A stretch of DNA of 56,858 bases. It comes from Klebsiella phage vB_KpnS-Carvaje. Both the position numbers and the translations under genes were made by a program. The notes beneath the pieces were generated by a model, which made no database searches, was not told the origin of the DNA, and worked only from the letters and a program-made list of their open reading frames with translations. Below, piece after piece: positions 16,600-24,835 of the stretch. The first letter of the stretch is position 1. Each line of letters begins with the position of its first letter. The stretch lies in sequence record NC_071011.1; one strand, written 5' to 3'.

Positions 16600-17855
16600 T
16601 GCGTACTGATGGCACTAACCATTTACGCCGGGCGCGGTCAATGAAAATTGGCTTTCTGTCCGGTGTGACCAAACCAGCGCATGAAGGCGCAAACGCCCTC
16701 ATGCTTAAATCCCACGGTGAAACACCCGGCGAAGCCCTGCTGAAGTCTGCGTTTAGTGCGGCGCTTGCTGAACAGCAGCTGGAACAGCAGGTGAACCAGT
16801 TCCTTTCTAACTCATGGGTGCTTAATGAAGCGCTTCGCGAGTCAGCAGAGGATATTGCGAAAGATGATTCAATTACTGATAAACAAGCAGCATTGCGTGA
16901 CGCAGTAAATGAATATATTATAACAATGCAGCAGGCTGCTGGTATTTCGCTTAATAAAGCGAAGGGTGGTAAAACAGAAGGTGGTGAAGTATTCCCGGCA
17001 TCCGATTACGCTTATGTACCGGACCCGGAAAAACCTTCAACCTGGAAACTTCGTTTAACCTCCACACCCGGCGGAAAACCTGATTCACGTATTGTCGGCG
17101 CTGCACTGGCTGCATTAGGTCCAGGGTATCGCGGTAATAAGGTTGAAATCCCTGAAGCTGATTTAGCAGGTGTGAAAAGTAAGGTTCGGGCCGCGTGGAA
17201 AGAATTGCACCCGGATCAAGAAATCCCCCAGGTTTTAAAAACGGCAGAGGAAATTGAAATGTCCGAACTGGAAAAATACAAAGCTCTGGCTGAGATGAGC
17301 GATACCCACAAGGCGTATCATGACGCTCTGCCTGAAACCGATCAGGAAGCGTTCCGTAAAATGGACGCAACCGCCCGTGACGCTCTGGTAGTTATGGCGA
17401 AACAGGCTGACGAATCTTTCACCACCGTAGCTGGTCAGGAAGTGAAAAAATCCGCAGCTGGCGCGATGTATGACGTTCTGAAAACTCAGGACGAACAGAT
17501 CCGCAAAGCACAAACCGAAGCAGCGCTGGCGAAAGCAGAACGTGTGGTTAACACCGATTACGCAAACATCCCAGGCGAAGTTGTTCAGAAAACCGCTATG
17601 GTTATGGCGCTGGATAAACTGCCGGAAGCAGATCGCACTTTCCTGGTTGAAAAACTGAAACAGGCCGATGCACTGTGGAAAGAACGTAAAACGCCTGCCG
17701 CACCAACTGGCGGTAAAGGTTCTACTGCGCTGGATGAGTTGGTCAGCGAATACATGAAAAACAACCCCGGCAAAACCCGTGCACAGGCTATGCAGGCTGT
17801 AGCCGCGACCAAAAAAGGCCAGGAAGTTATCGAAACCATGCGAGGTGATGAATAA
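16599..17855 (+). CDS. scaffolding protein (putative)
   Basis: 418 aa, acidic, Ala/Glu/Lys-rich helical; sits between protease and capsid genes. Confidence 0.5.
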   Translation: MRTDGTNHLRRARSMKIGFLSGVTKPAHEGANALMLKSHGETPGEALLKSAFSAALAEQQLEQQVNQFLSNSWVLNEALRESAEDIAKDDSITDKQAALRDAVNEYIITMQQAAGISLNKAKGGKTEGGEVFPASDYAYVPDPEKPSTWKLRLTSTPGGKPDSRIVGAALAALGPGYRGNKVEIPEADLAGVKSKVRAAWKELHPDQEIPQVLKTAEEIEMSELEKYKALAEMSDTHKAYHDALPETDQEAFRKMDATARDALVVMAKQADESFTTVAGQEVKKSAAGAMYDVLKTQDEQIRKAQTEAALAKAERVVNTDYANIPGEVVQKTAMVMALDKLPEADRTFLVEKLKQADALWKERKTPAAPTGGKGSTALDELVSEYMKNNPGKTRAQAMQAVAATKKGQEVIETMRGDE

Positions 17856-18262
17856 TGGCTACTAACAGCAAAATCTACTGGAACTATGAGCGCCCGACCC
17901 GTGCTGTTGCCAGCGTAGTGATCGCTGCTGGTGTTGGTCTGGTGCTTGATACCAGTCTGGGCGACACCAACGCGTGCGTACCGAAATATAAACTTCCTGC
18001 TGCTGGCGGTCGTATTGACGGTGTAGCACTGGACGATGTAGCGGCTAATCAGTTCTTTGACCTGGTCAACGAAAAAGAAAAATTCGTTCCGGTTAAAGCG
18101 GCTGCAACTTTCGGTGTCGGTGTTGAACTCGCAGTAACTGCCGCTGGTAAATTCCAGACTGCAACCACGGGTCAACTGGTCGTGGCGATTTCCCAGACCA
18201 AGGCCACCGCTGCGGATCAGGTTGTTACGGCTTTAGTCCGTGCGCCATACGCTAAAGCATAA
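17855..18262 (+). CDS. head structural/decoration protein (putative)
   Basis: 135 aa, Ala/Val/Thr-rich; directly upstream of MCP; RBS GAGGTGA. Confidence 0.35.
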   Translation: MATNSKIYWNYERPTRAVASVVIAAGVGLVLDTSLGDTNACVPKYKLPAAGGRIDGVALDDVAANQFFDLVNEKEKFVPVKAAATFGVGVELAVTAAGKFQTATTGQLVVAISQTKATAADQVVTALVRAPYAKA

Positions 18263-18277
18263 TCAGGAGCAAATCAG

Positions 18278-19297
18278 ATGAGCTATAAACAGAATTTCCG
18301 CGACGTTGGCAACCCGGATCTATTCCTGTCCAACTTTTCGGTAGCGTACTGGCAGGACACATCGCGCTTTGTCGGTACTCGCTATTTTCCGGTAGTTCCG
18401 GTAACTCAGGCTGCAGGTAAGTATCTTACCTACCCGAAGGGTTATTTCGGTCGCCCGGTAAACTCAAAACGCGCTGAAGATGGTGTTGCCAACACTATTG
18501 GTTACAAAACCAAAAATCAGGGCTATACCGTCGATGACGACGCGATCCGTATTTTTATCTCTGATAAAAAACGCGCGAACGTCGCAAACGGTCAGCAACT
18601 GGATATGGAAGCAACCGGTGTTGTTACCGATGCGCTGCTGATCAACAAAGAGATCGATTTCGTATCTAAGTTCCTGGTGCCGGGCAAATGGGCTACCGAT
18701 TATCAGGGTGTTGCATCAACACCGACTGGTAACCAGTTCCTGAAATGGTCTAACGCCAACTCTGATCCGATCGGTGACATCCTGTCACATCGTGTGGCGT
18801 TCTCGCTGGCTACTGGTGGTCGCCGCTGGAACAAGGCGCTGATGACGCTGGATGTGTATGATGCGCTGACCCGTAACCCGTCTGTGATTGACCGCATCAA
18901 CGGCGCGTCAACCAGCCAGAATCCGGGTATTGTGACCCAACAGGCGCTTGCGGCACTGCTGGAAGTTGACGAAATCGAAATCATGCAATCCGTGGTTAAC
19001 ATGGCTGCTGACGGTCTGGAAGATGCCGAAGGTAACCCGCTGTCCGACTTCCAGTTTGCGGCAGAAGGTGTGCTGATGCTGAACTACGTCGAACCGACCG
19101 TAGGTAACATGAAACCGATTTCGGCTGTAACCTTTGCCTGGAATGAGTTTGCAAGTCTGGGTATTGATAACGGCCCGTCTATCCGTACTTATCCGGGTGT
19201 TGAAGGTCGTCGCGGTAACTTTGTTGAAGCAGAGTTTGCGATCGATACTGAAATGGTTGCACCGGATATGGGTATTCTGTTCTACGACGCTGTTTAA
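18278..19297 (+). CDS. major capsid protein
   Basis: 339 aa; position and size; strong RBS AGGAG; followed by a stem-loop terminator, typical of highly expressed MCP genes. Confidence 0.7.
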   Translation: MSYKQNFRDVGNPDLFLSNFSVAYWQDTSRFVGTRYFPVVPVTQAAGKYLTYPKGYFGRPVNSKRAEDGVANTIGYKTKNQGYTVDDDAIRIFISDKKRANVANGQQLDMEATGVVTDALLINKEIDFVSKFLVPGKWATDYQGVASTPTGNQFLKWSNANSDPIGDILSHRVAFSLATGGRRWNKALMTLDVYDALTRNPSVIDRINGASTSQNPGIVTQQALAALLEVDEIEIMQSVVNMAADGLEDAEGNPLSDFQFAAEGVLMLNYVEPTVGNMKPISAVTFAWNEFASLGIDNGPSIRTYPGVEGRRGNFVEAEFAIDTEMVAPDMGILFYDAV

Positions 19298-19316
19298 CAG
19301 TCTGCCGTAATCATAA

Positions 19317-19345
19317 AGGGGTGGCTAACGCTGCCCCTTTTGCTT
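19317..19345 (+). terminator. stem-loop / leaky terminator after the MCP gene
   Basis: AGGGGTGGC-taac-GCTGCCCCT (9 bp including two G-U pairs) followed by TTTGCTT. Confidence 0.45.
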
Positions 19346-19359
19346 ATGTGAGGTTTATC

Positions 19360-19722
19360 ATGAAAAAGAACGAATTTGATCCGTCAGCCACATATCGGTT
19401 TACACGCCCTATGAAATGGAACGGTAAATATGTTGGTACGGGCGATTTATTACCCGATGATGGTACACCGATCGGAATCCTGCGTTCCCTGTTTAAGATG
19501 CGTCAGATTGAACTGGCTGACGGTTCGGAACCGGAACAGCAACCGGAACAGCAACCGGAACAGCAACCGGAACAGCCTGGCGCAGTAGCTGAAATCCGTA
19601 ATGAAGGTTCTGGCTGGTACAACGTCTACATGGGTGGGATGCTGATTAGCGAGAAGAAATTACGCAAAGATGATGCTGAAAAATGGTGTGAAGAAAAAGG
19701 TTTGACTTACAATATTTCTTAA
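19360..19722 (+). CDS. hypothetical protein with (PEQQ)4 repeat
   Basis: 120 aa from ATG 19360 (RBS GAGG); contains EPEQQPEQQPEQQPEQP. Confidence 0.45.
   Translation: MKKNEFDPSATYRFTRPMKWNGKYVGTGDLLPDDGTPIGILRSLFKMRQIELADGSEPEQQPEQQPEQQPEQPGAVAEIRNEGSGWYNVYMGGMLISEKKLRKDDAEKWCEEKGLTYNIS
19531..19578 (+). repeat. 12-bp tandem repeat x4 (CCGGAACAGCAA) encoding (PEQQ)n
   Basis: Read directly. Confidence 0.8.
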
Positions 19723-20119
19723 CATATTGTTAGTTCAAGGCGACGATGATTAGATAGAACTGCATAGCAGACGCTGTTGAAAACCCTAGCCTTTAATCGG
19801 TCACCGTGTGTGACGCTGGATAAACGTAACCAGCAACTATCAGGTAAGGGCGCTATTAGGTAGCTTCAGGGGACATGCCCGCACAGGTGACGACTTATGC
19901 GCAAAAATACATGTGGTAAGGCTTGAAGTGCTCTTTCCGATAGTTTTCGTGGCGACTTTGCTGGCTTTTTAGAAACTGACCACAAAGATAAATGCAAACG
20001 AAGAAATGTATCTGGCAGTAGCCTAACAGCTAAACACCAGTGAGGTATTCCAGTTCCTCATCAACGAATCTGGCGCACTGGCCCGGTGTGATTAATAATG
20101 GGCGCACAACAGGTAAGAA

Positions 20120-20184
20120 CACTGACAGGTGGATGTTCGTAGCGCTGCGTAACTTTAGATGGGTTCGAGTCCCATACAGTGTTC
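20120..20184 (+). other. tRNA-like remnant: canonical T-arm plus partial acceptor stem, no complete cloverleaf found
   Basis: ATGGG-TTCGAGT-CCCAT at 20159..20175 followed by ACAGTGT, which is near-complementary to upstream ACACTGA; D and anticodon arms could not be built. Confidence 0.25.
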
Positions 20185-20298
20185 TTTCCGTTGTGGTGAA
20201 GTATAAGATGGCAGTGCTGATGAATCGGGGACATCAAAACCCTTGATCCGGGTCTTATGGGGACGGAAACAACGCGACTTCAGCCACCACAACACCCC

Positions 20299-20386
20299 GG
20301 ATAGTTGGCTGAGAGGCCGAAAGCAGTCGGTTGCTAACCGATAAACCGGAAACGGTTCACAGGTTCGAATCCTGTACTATCCGCCA
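20299..20386 (+). tRNA. tRNA-Ser(GCU), type II with long variable arm, CCA encoded
   Basis: Manual cloverleaf: acceptor GGATAGT/ACTATCC; D-arm GCT-GAGAGGCCGAA-AGC; anticodon arm GTCGG-TTGCTAA-CCGAT (anticodon GCT); variable-arm hairpin ACCG-gaaa-CGGT; T-arm ACAGG-TTCGAAT-CCTGT; discriminator G, CCA. Architecture is near-identical to E. coli tRNA-Ser(GCU). Confidence 0.85.
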
Positions 20387-20514
20387 AATCAGCGAATCAC
20401 ACCGACGGGAGGTGATCGCTATCTTGCTGGCGGGCAAGCCGCAAAGCGTGGGTAAAGCACGTTGTGAAACGTCCTGAACTGCGTAAAGAATTAACCCAGA
20501 GCCAAGCAATCGTT

Positions 20515-20541
20515 AGCCGTCTGTTTAAGACGGCTTTTTTT
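20515..20541 (+). terminator. rho-independent terminator closing the non-coding RNA island
   Basis: AGCCGTCT-gttta-AGACGGCT followed by TTTTTTT. Confidence 0.75.
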
Positions 20542-20581
20542 CGTGCTAAAATAATGAAAACTATTCTATACAGGTGACCAC

Positions 20582-20989
20582 ATGGCAATCACAGTTGATG
20601 GTATCCGCAATTTAATTAATGTTCCTGATATCAGTGATGAAACAATTCAGTGGTACATCGATAACGGCTATACAAACCCGTTAAGTATCTGTATCGCACT
20701 TTGTGATTACATGGCTTCACTGGTCAGTAACGATACTGATATTAGAGTTGGTCCTATTTCACTTTCTGGTAGTGATGCAGCTAAAGCCTGGAACTTGCTT
20801 AAAAAAGATTTTATTTTGCGTTTGAATACCGGGACGGATCCGGGTGGTTCAGGATTTGGCTTAGGGTTTGGTGTCGGCGGTATCACATTAACTGGTCAGG
20901 GTATACCACCTGCTATTCAGCGTGGGCAGTTTGATAACCCACCGATCACGCTTGAGAACAACACTACGCGCATCAATGAAGGTGAATAG
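20582..20989 (+). CDS. head-tail connector/adaptor protein (putative)
   Basis: 135 aa; first of four 124-142-aa genes between MCP and tail tube; Gly-rich patch. Confidence 0.4.
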   Translation: MAITVDGIRNLINVPDISDETIQWYIDNGYTNPLSICIALCDYMASLVSNDTDIRVGPISLSGSDAAKAWNLLKKDFILRLNTGTDPGGSGFGLGFGVGGITLTGQGIPPAIQRGQFDNPPITLENNTTRINEGE

Positions 20990-20991
20990 TA

Positions 20992-21366
20992 ATGTCCGAT
21001 CAACGTAACCGCGTTTTAGCAGGTGTAACCCGTGCACTCGCAGAAGTGGGTGAAGATCTGACTGTATCACGTACAGTAACCACACCAAACCCCAGTAATC
21101 CCACGCTGCCAGGTGTGACAGAAACTACGGTTCACAGTTGCCGTGGTTACGTTTACCCACTGGAAAAATGGGATCCGTCAACCATGACGCGCAATACCGT
21201 GACAATGGTTATTATGGATACGAAATCTTTTGACCCACCTTTTGTGCCTGAACGTGGTGATGTGGTAACTGATAACCGTGGACGTGAATACAGGCTATTA
21301 GACCGTCAAAATCCACGTTTGCTGGGTGATGATATGGCGTTTATTCATCCTACAGGCGCTGCATAA
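20992..21366 (+). CDS. head closure / head-tail joining protein (putative)
   Basis: 124 aa, position. Confidence 0.35.
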   Translation: MSDQRNRVLAGVTRALAEVGEDLTVSRTVTTPNPSNPTLPGVTETTVHSCRGYVYPLEKWDPSTMTRNTVTMVIMDTKSFDPPFVPERGDVVTDNRGREYRLLDRQNPRLLGDDMAFIHPTGAA

Positions 21367-21794
21367 TGGCACGTAACGTTAATGATATAAACCGGATCAC
21401 TGGTGTCTTTAAAGACATTAAAGCTGATTTACAGGATTTCACAAATCGTGAAGTTATCCGGTATGTTTTAACGTTGCGTAATATTTTAATCAGTGAACCA
21501 CCTACAGGTACACCTATTGATACGGGATGGGCGTCTAACAACTGGTGGTTCGATCAAGGTCAACCAGCTAACAGCCCTTCTACAGCATCTGGTGATGTTG
21601 CAACCAGTAAAGCGCGTATTGAACAGGATACAATAACGATCAGCAGCATTGTTGTTAATGGTCAGTCACTGCATATAACGAATAACGTTCCATATATCGG
21701 TGTTCTGAATAGTGGTAGCAGCTTACAAACACCATCCGGGTTTGTGGATCGTGCTATTTTAACAGCCGGAATTATGGTGAGGTTCAATCAATGA
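21366..21794 (+). CDS. neck/tail completion protein (putative)
   Basis: 142 aa, position; ATGG overlap coupling. Confidence 0.35.
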   Translation: MARNVNDINRITGVFKDIKADLQDFTNREVIRYVLTLRNILISEPPTGTPIDTGWASNNWWFDQGQPANSPSTASGDVATSKARIEQDTITISSIVVNGQSLHITNNVPYIGVLNSGSSLQTPSGFVDRAILTAGIMVRFNQ

Positions 21795-22213
21795 AAATCT
21801 CTGACGTATCTGGGGTTGTTTATAATCGTGTTCTGGCTAATCTCCCCGTGGAGATAACACCAGATCGTTTTACGATTGCATCTGGTAATCTTCCCGATGA
21901 CACAACAAAGAAGCCCGGACTTATTTTAACGCATAACCCCGGCCCGTGGGCAATTACTACACTGGGCGGTGAGGGTGTTTGTCGTCGCCGTTTACGTACA
22001 GGGAACGTTTTTTTACAGGTGCGCACTCCTGCACAATACGGAATGGACACGTTAAGTCTTGATATTGCTGATCGACTGGCGCGTTTGTTTGAAGGTATCT
22101 GGCAGGATCGCCCGTTACTTTATACAGGTGTTGATGTAAGATATGTGGGACGTGATAATGCCTGGTTCCTCGCGAATACGGTTATCACTTATGAATTCGA
22201 AGAAGTCTATTAG
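21791..22213 (+). CDS. tail terminator/completion protein (putative)
   Basis: 140 aa, position. Confidence 0.35.
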   Translation: MKISDVSGVVYNRVLANLPVEITPDRFTIASGNLPDDTTKKPGLILTHNPGPWAITTLGGEGVCRRRLRTGNVFLQVRTPAQYGMDTLSLDIADRLARLFEGIWQDRPLLYTGVDVRYVGRDNAWFLANTVITYEFEEVY

Positions 22214-22229
22214 CGAATGAGGAACCAAA

Positions 22230-23687
22230 ATGGCTGAGTCAATTTTTAACTGTAATCAGGCCAGCGCTGCAGACGTTAACGCAACCCGTCTCTCTGTGGC
22301 TAAGGTCTGCGAGCCTGTCAGCGGTACACCCTGGACTGTACAGCAACCGAACGAAATCAGTTCGTATTCTGCTGACATTACCAAAACTCAACGTACCCCG
22401 ATCAGCACTGACCGATCCGCGCGGAAAGGCACTGTAACCAATATTGAAGTTGCGCCAGGGTTTCAGACTGATATCACGCTGGACACATTCCGTTACTGGG
22501 GTGACGGCTTCCTTTACAGCCGCTGGATGGGTGCCGGGGCTATCGATATTGATGTGATCAGTGTTGATAGCGATAGCTATACCGTTGCCACACTTGCAAG
22601 CGCATTACCAGCCGGAACATTGGTTTATGCAGCAGGGTTTATGATGGCTGCGAACAATGGCCTGAAAACTGTTGGTTCAGGTAGCACGACTACCGATATC
22701 AATGTTACTGGTCTGGTAGCTGAGGCATCCCCGCCAGCGACTGCACGTTTATATGTAGTCGGTACAGTCGCGGCTGCAGGCGATATTGCGGTGAATGCAA
22801 ATGGGCAAATCACCTCAACCACGCTGGACTTTACCACGCTGGGGTTGATTCCGGGTCAGTACATCTATATTGATGGCTTCACCCAGAGTGTTACCAGTAA
22901 ATTAGCGCGGGTTGTTTCGGTTACAGATCATGTGCTTACTCTGGCAAGCAGTGAGTTTGTAACCGAAGTCGGTACAGGGAAAACTGTTAGCATTTACGTA
23001 TCCAGTTTTGTGCGTAACGTTCCGGTTGATTCACCGGATTTCGTGAAAACTGAATACACGATGGAAGCGCGTTATAATACCGAACCTGAAATTTACGAGT
23101 ATGCCCGTGGTGTCAGCGCTAATCAGATGACCATCAACGCGCCGTTGACTGAAAAAATGACAATGGACCTGACGTTTGTAGCACAGGATCTGTCAGAACC
23201 TGTTGACACACCGTTACCGGGTTCAGGTTATTATGATTTCGTTGAAAACGAAGCGTATAACACGGTTACTAACCTCAATCGTGTTCGCCTGACCGGGATC
23301 GATGAAAGTGGGCTTTCAACCTATTTGAAAGATACCACCATCACGATCAACAACAACGTATCGGGTGAAAACACGCTGGGCCGCATGGGTGCCACGTTTA
23401 CCAACCTGGGTAATCTGGAAGTCACTATTGATACTGAAGCAGTGATGACTGATGGCGCGGTACTTGCGGCGATCCGCAACAATACTACCGTTACGTTTGA
23501 ACTGGCGGGCGTTAACGGTGACGGTGCATTCGTGGTTAACATTCCTGCTATGACGCTGGGTGATGGTTCGAAGAACCTGGCGACGGGTGAGAAGGTTAAA
23601 GTAACAGTATCAGGTACAGCCCATGAAGAAGCTGGTCTGGACTTCATGATCGGCTTCAGCCTGTTCCCTTACTTACCTACCGCGTGA
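22230..23687 (+). CDS. major tail protein (putative, with C-terminal extension)
   Basis: 485 aa; RBS GAGGAA; followed by a strong terminator and then the G/GT chaperones. Confidence 0.5.
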   Translation: MAESIFNCNQASAADVNATRLSVAKVCEPVSGTPWTVQQPNEISSYSADITKTQRTPISTDRSARKGTVTNIEVAPGFQTDITLDTFRYWGDGFLYSRWMGAGAIDIDVISVDSDSYTVATLASALPAGTLVYAAGFMMAANNGLKTVGSGSTTTDINVTGLVAEASPPATARLYVVGTVAAAGDIAVNANGQITSTTLDFTTLGLIPGQYIYIDGFTQSVTSKLARVVSVTDHVLTLASSEFVTEVGTGKTVSIYVSSFVRNVPVDSPDFVKTEYTMEARYNTEPEIYEYARGVSANQMTINAPLTEKMTMDLTFVAQDLSEPVDTPLPGSGYYDFVENEAYNTVTNLNRVRLTGIDESGLSTYLKDTTITINNNVSGENTLGRMGATFTNLGNLEVTIDTEAVMTDGAVLAAIRNNTTVTFELAGVNGDGAFVVNIPAMTLGDGSKNLATGEKVKVTVSGTAHEEAGLDFMIGFSLFPYLPTA

Positions 23688-23706
23688 CATGGTGGATGGT
23701 AGTTTT

Positions 23707-23735
23707 GCCCCGGAACTGTCCGGGGCTTTTTTTTT
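23707..23735 (+). terminator. rho-independent terminator after the major tail gene
   Basis: GCCCCGG-aactgt-CCGGGGC followed by T9. Confidence 0.8.
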
Positions 23736-23952
23736 AACGAGCGTTGCATTCAAGAAAACGTGCAGTTTTACCATCAACTGTAAGCCATATATTTTCATTA
23801 TAATCAGACTTGAATACTTCTGATTGATTCCCGTGTTGGTCCGTCACAAAGTAATCTCCATCAATCAAAAATACTTCATAATTAATATCATGCTTAAAAA
23901 GATGCGTTAAAGTGGTTTCACAAGTGATTGTGCAGAAATATTCTGGTTCCAT
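23734..23952 (-). CDS. hypothetical protein (single-gene leftward unit inside the tail module)
   Basis: 72 aa from ATG 23952, preceded by the conserved leader ACGAACTGAGGGTAAGACG and the 23984..24022 promoter. Confidence 0.4.
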   Translation of the reverse strand: MEPEYFCTITCETTLTHLFKHDINYEVFLIDGDYFVTDQHGNQSEVFKSDYNENIWLTVDGKTARFLECNAR

Positions 23953-23983
23953 CGTCTTACCCTCAGTTCGTTTCGTTGTGATA

Positions 23984-24022
23984 ACTATACATTCCTGTCT
24001 GCAATCCGTCAAGAATTATTTT
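23984..24022 (-). promoter_or_regulatory. early promoter cassette, copy 6 (-35 TTGACG, 17 bp, -10 TATAGT)
   Basis: Reverse complement AAAATAATTCTTGACGGATTGCAGACAGGAATGTATAGT. Confidence 0.65.
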
Positions 24023-24090
24023 AAATACCTTGCGCAATTCGTACAGAACTATTACTATCAACGTGTCATCTAACATAACAGGTAAACATC

Positions 24091-24513
24091 ATGTCCAAGT
24101 TTGATCATCTTAAAAAAGCACTTTCACCGTTGGTTTTAAAAGCCTCTGCTGAACTGATTCTGAACGAAAATTTCAAAATCATCGTGTTGAACCTGAACAC
24201 CGCTAACCAGGCGTATAACGCTGCTGTTGCGAACTACATGAAAGGTCGCGCGGCGCTTCCTGAAGATTTTTTTGAACGTCTCTGGAAGCAGGAGTATTTC
24301 CCGCAGGGGATCGAGTTCGTCGCTAATGTCCTGATGCTGGACTGGGTATTGTTGTCAGAAGATGACACGCCTGAACCGTTCAGCCCGAAAGAAGCGATTG
24401 AACTGATGAACGATGATCGGTTTGGTCCGTCCATTTATGCGCGCGTGATTCAGTTCTCCATCAACTCCGCAATGTTTAAAGACGATTGGGAGAAACAGAT
24501 CACAAAAAACTAA
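24091..24513 (+). CDS. tail assembly chaperone (G-like)
   Basis: 140 aa, immediately upstream of the tape measure gene; ends at the slippery site. Confidence 0.6.
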   Translation: MSKFDHLKKALSPLVLKASAELILNENFKIIVLNLNTANQAYNAAVANYMKGRAALPEDFFERLWKQEYFPQGIEFVANVLMLDWVLLSEDDTPEPFSPKEAIELMNDDRFGPSIYARVIQFSINSAMFKDDWEKQITKN

Positions 24514-24779
24514 TTGACTTCCTCCAGTGGAACCGCAAAACAGACGGCGATGATCTGGACTGGGTTGCACAGGGGGCTGCAGCGCGTGGTAAGGCCGTTC
24601 CAGCAGTAATCAGCAATCGTCCGGTATTACGTCGCGATGCTTTGTTTTACTGGAATGCTTACCTTGATCTGATGACGGCTGACTGGGGAACCTGTGAACG
24701 TTACGCCCGGTGTTATAACGTGGACGCTGAATTCCTGTGGTCATTACTAATTAAATTACGCGCTGTTGGGTCAAAGTAG
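24091..24779 (+). CDS. tail assembly chaperone GT-like fusion made by programmed -1 ribosomal frameshift at A_AAA_AAC (24504..24510)
   Basis: Heptamer X_XXY_YYZ = A AAA AAC sits 1 codon before the G stop; the -1 frame continues as KKLIDFLQWNRKTDGDD... to 24779. Confidence 0.6.
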
Positions 24780-24835
24780 TCACGGGGTCACGGTTGAGTT
24801 AAACTATTCGTATCAACGTTTCAGGAGGCTTGACC

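Noticed and set aside
20120-20184. A second complete tRNA around the T-arm at 20159..20175
   Set aside because: Only 65 nt between the best acceptor 5' candidate and the discriminator; no D-arm or anticodon arm can be built by hand. Kept as a low-confidence tRNA-like remnant, not a tRNA
20040-20246. 68-aa ORF inside the non-coding RNA island
   Set aside because: No RBS, overlaps the tRNA-like element, composition unlike neighbouring genes
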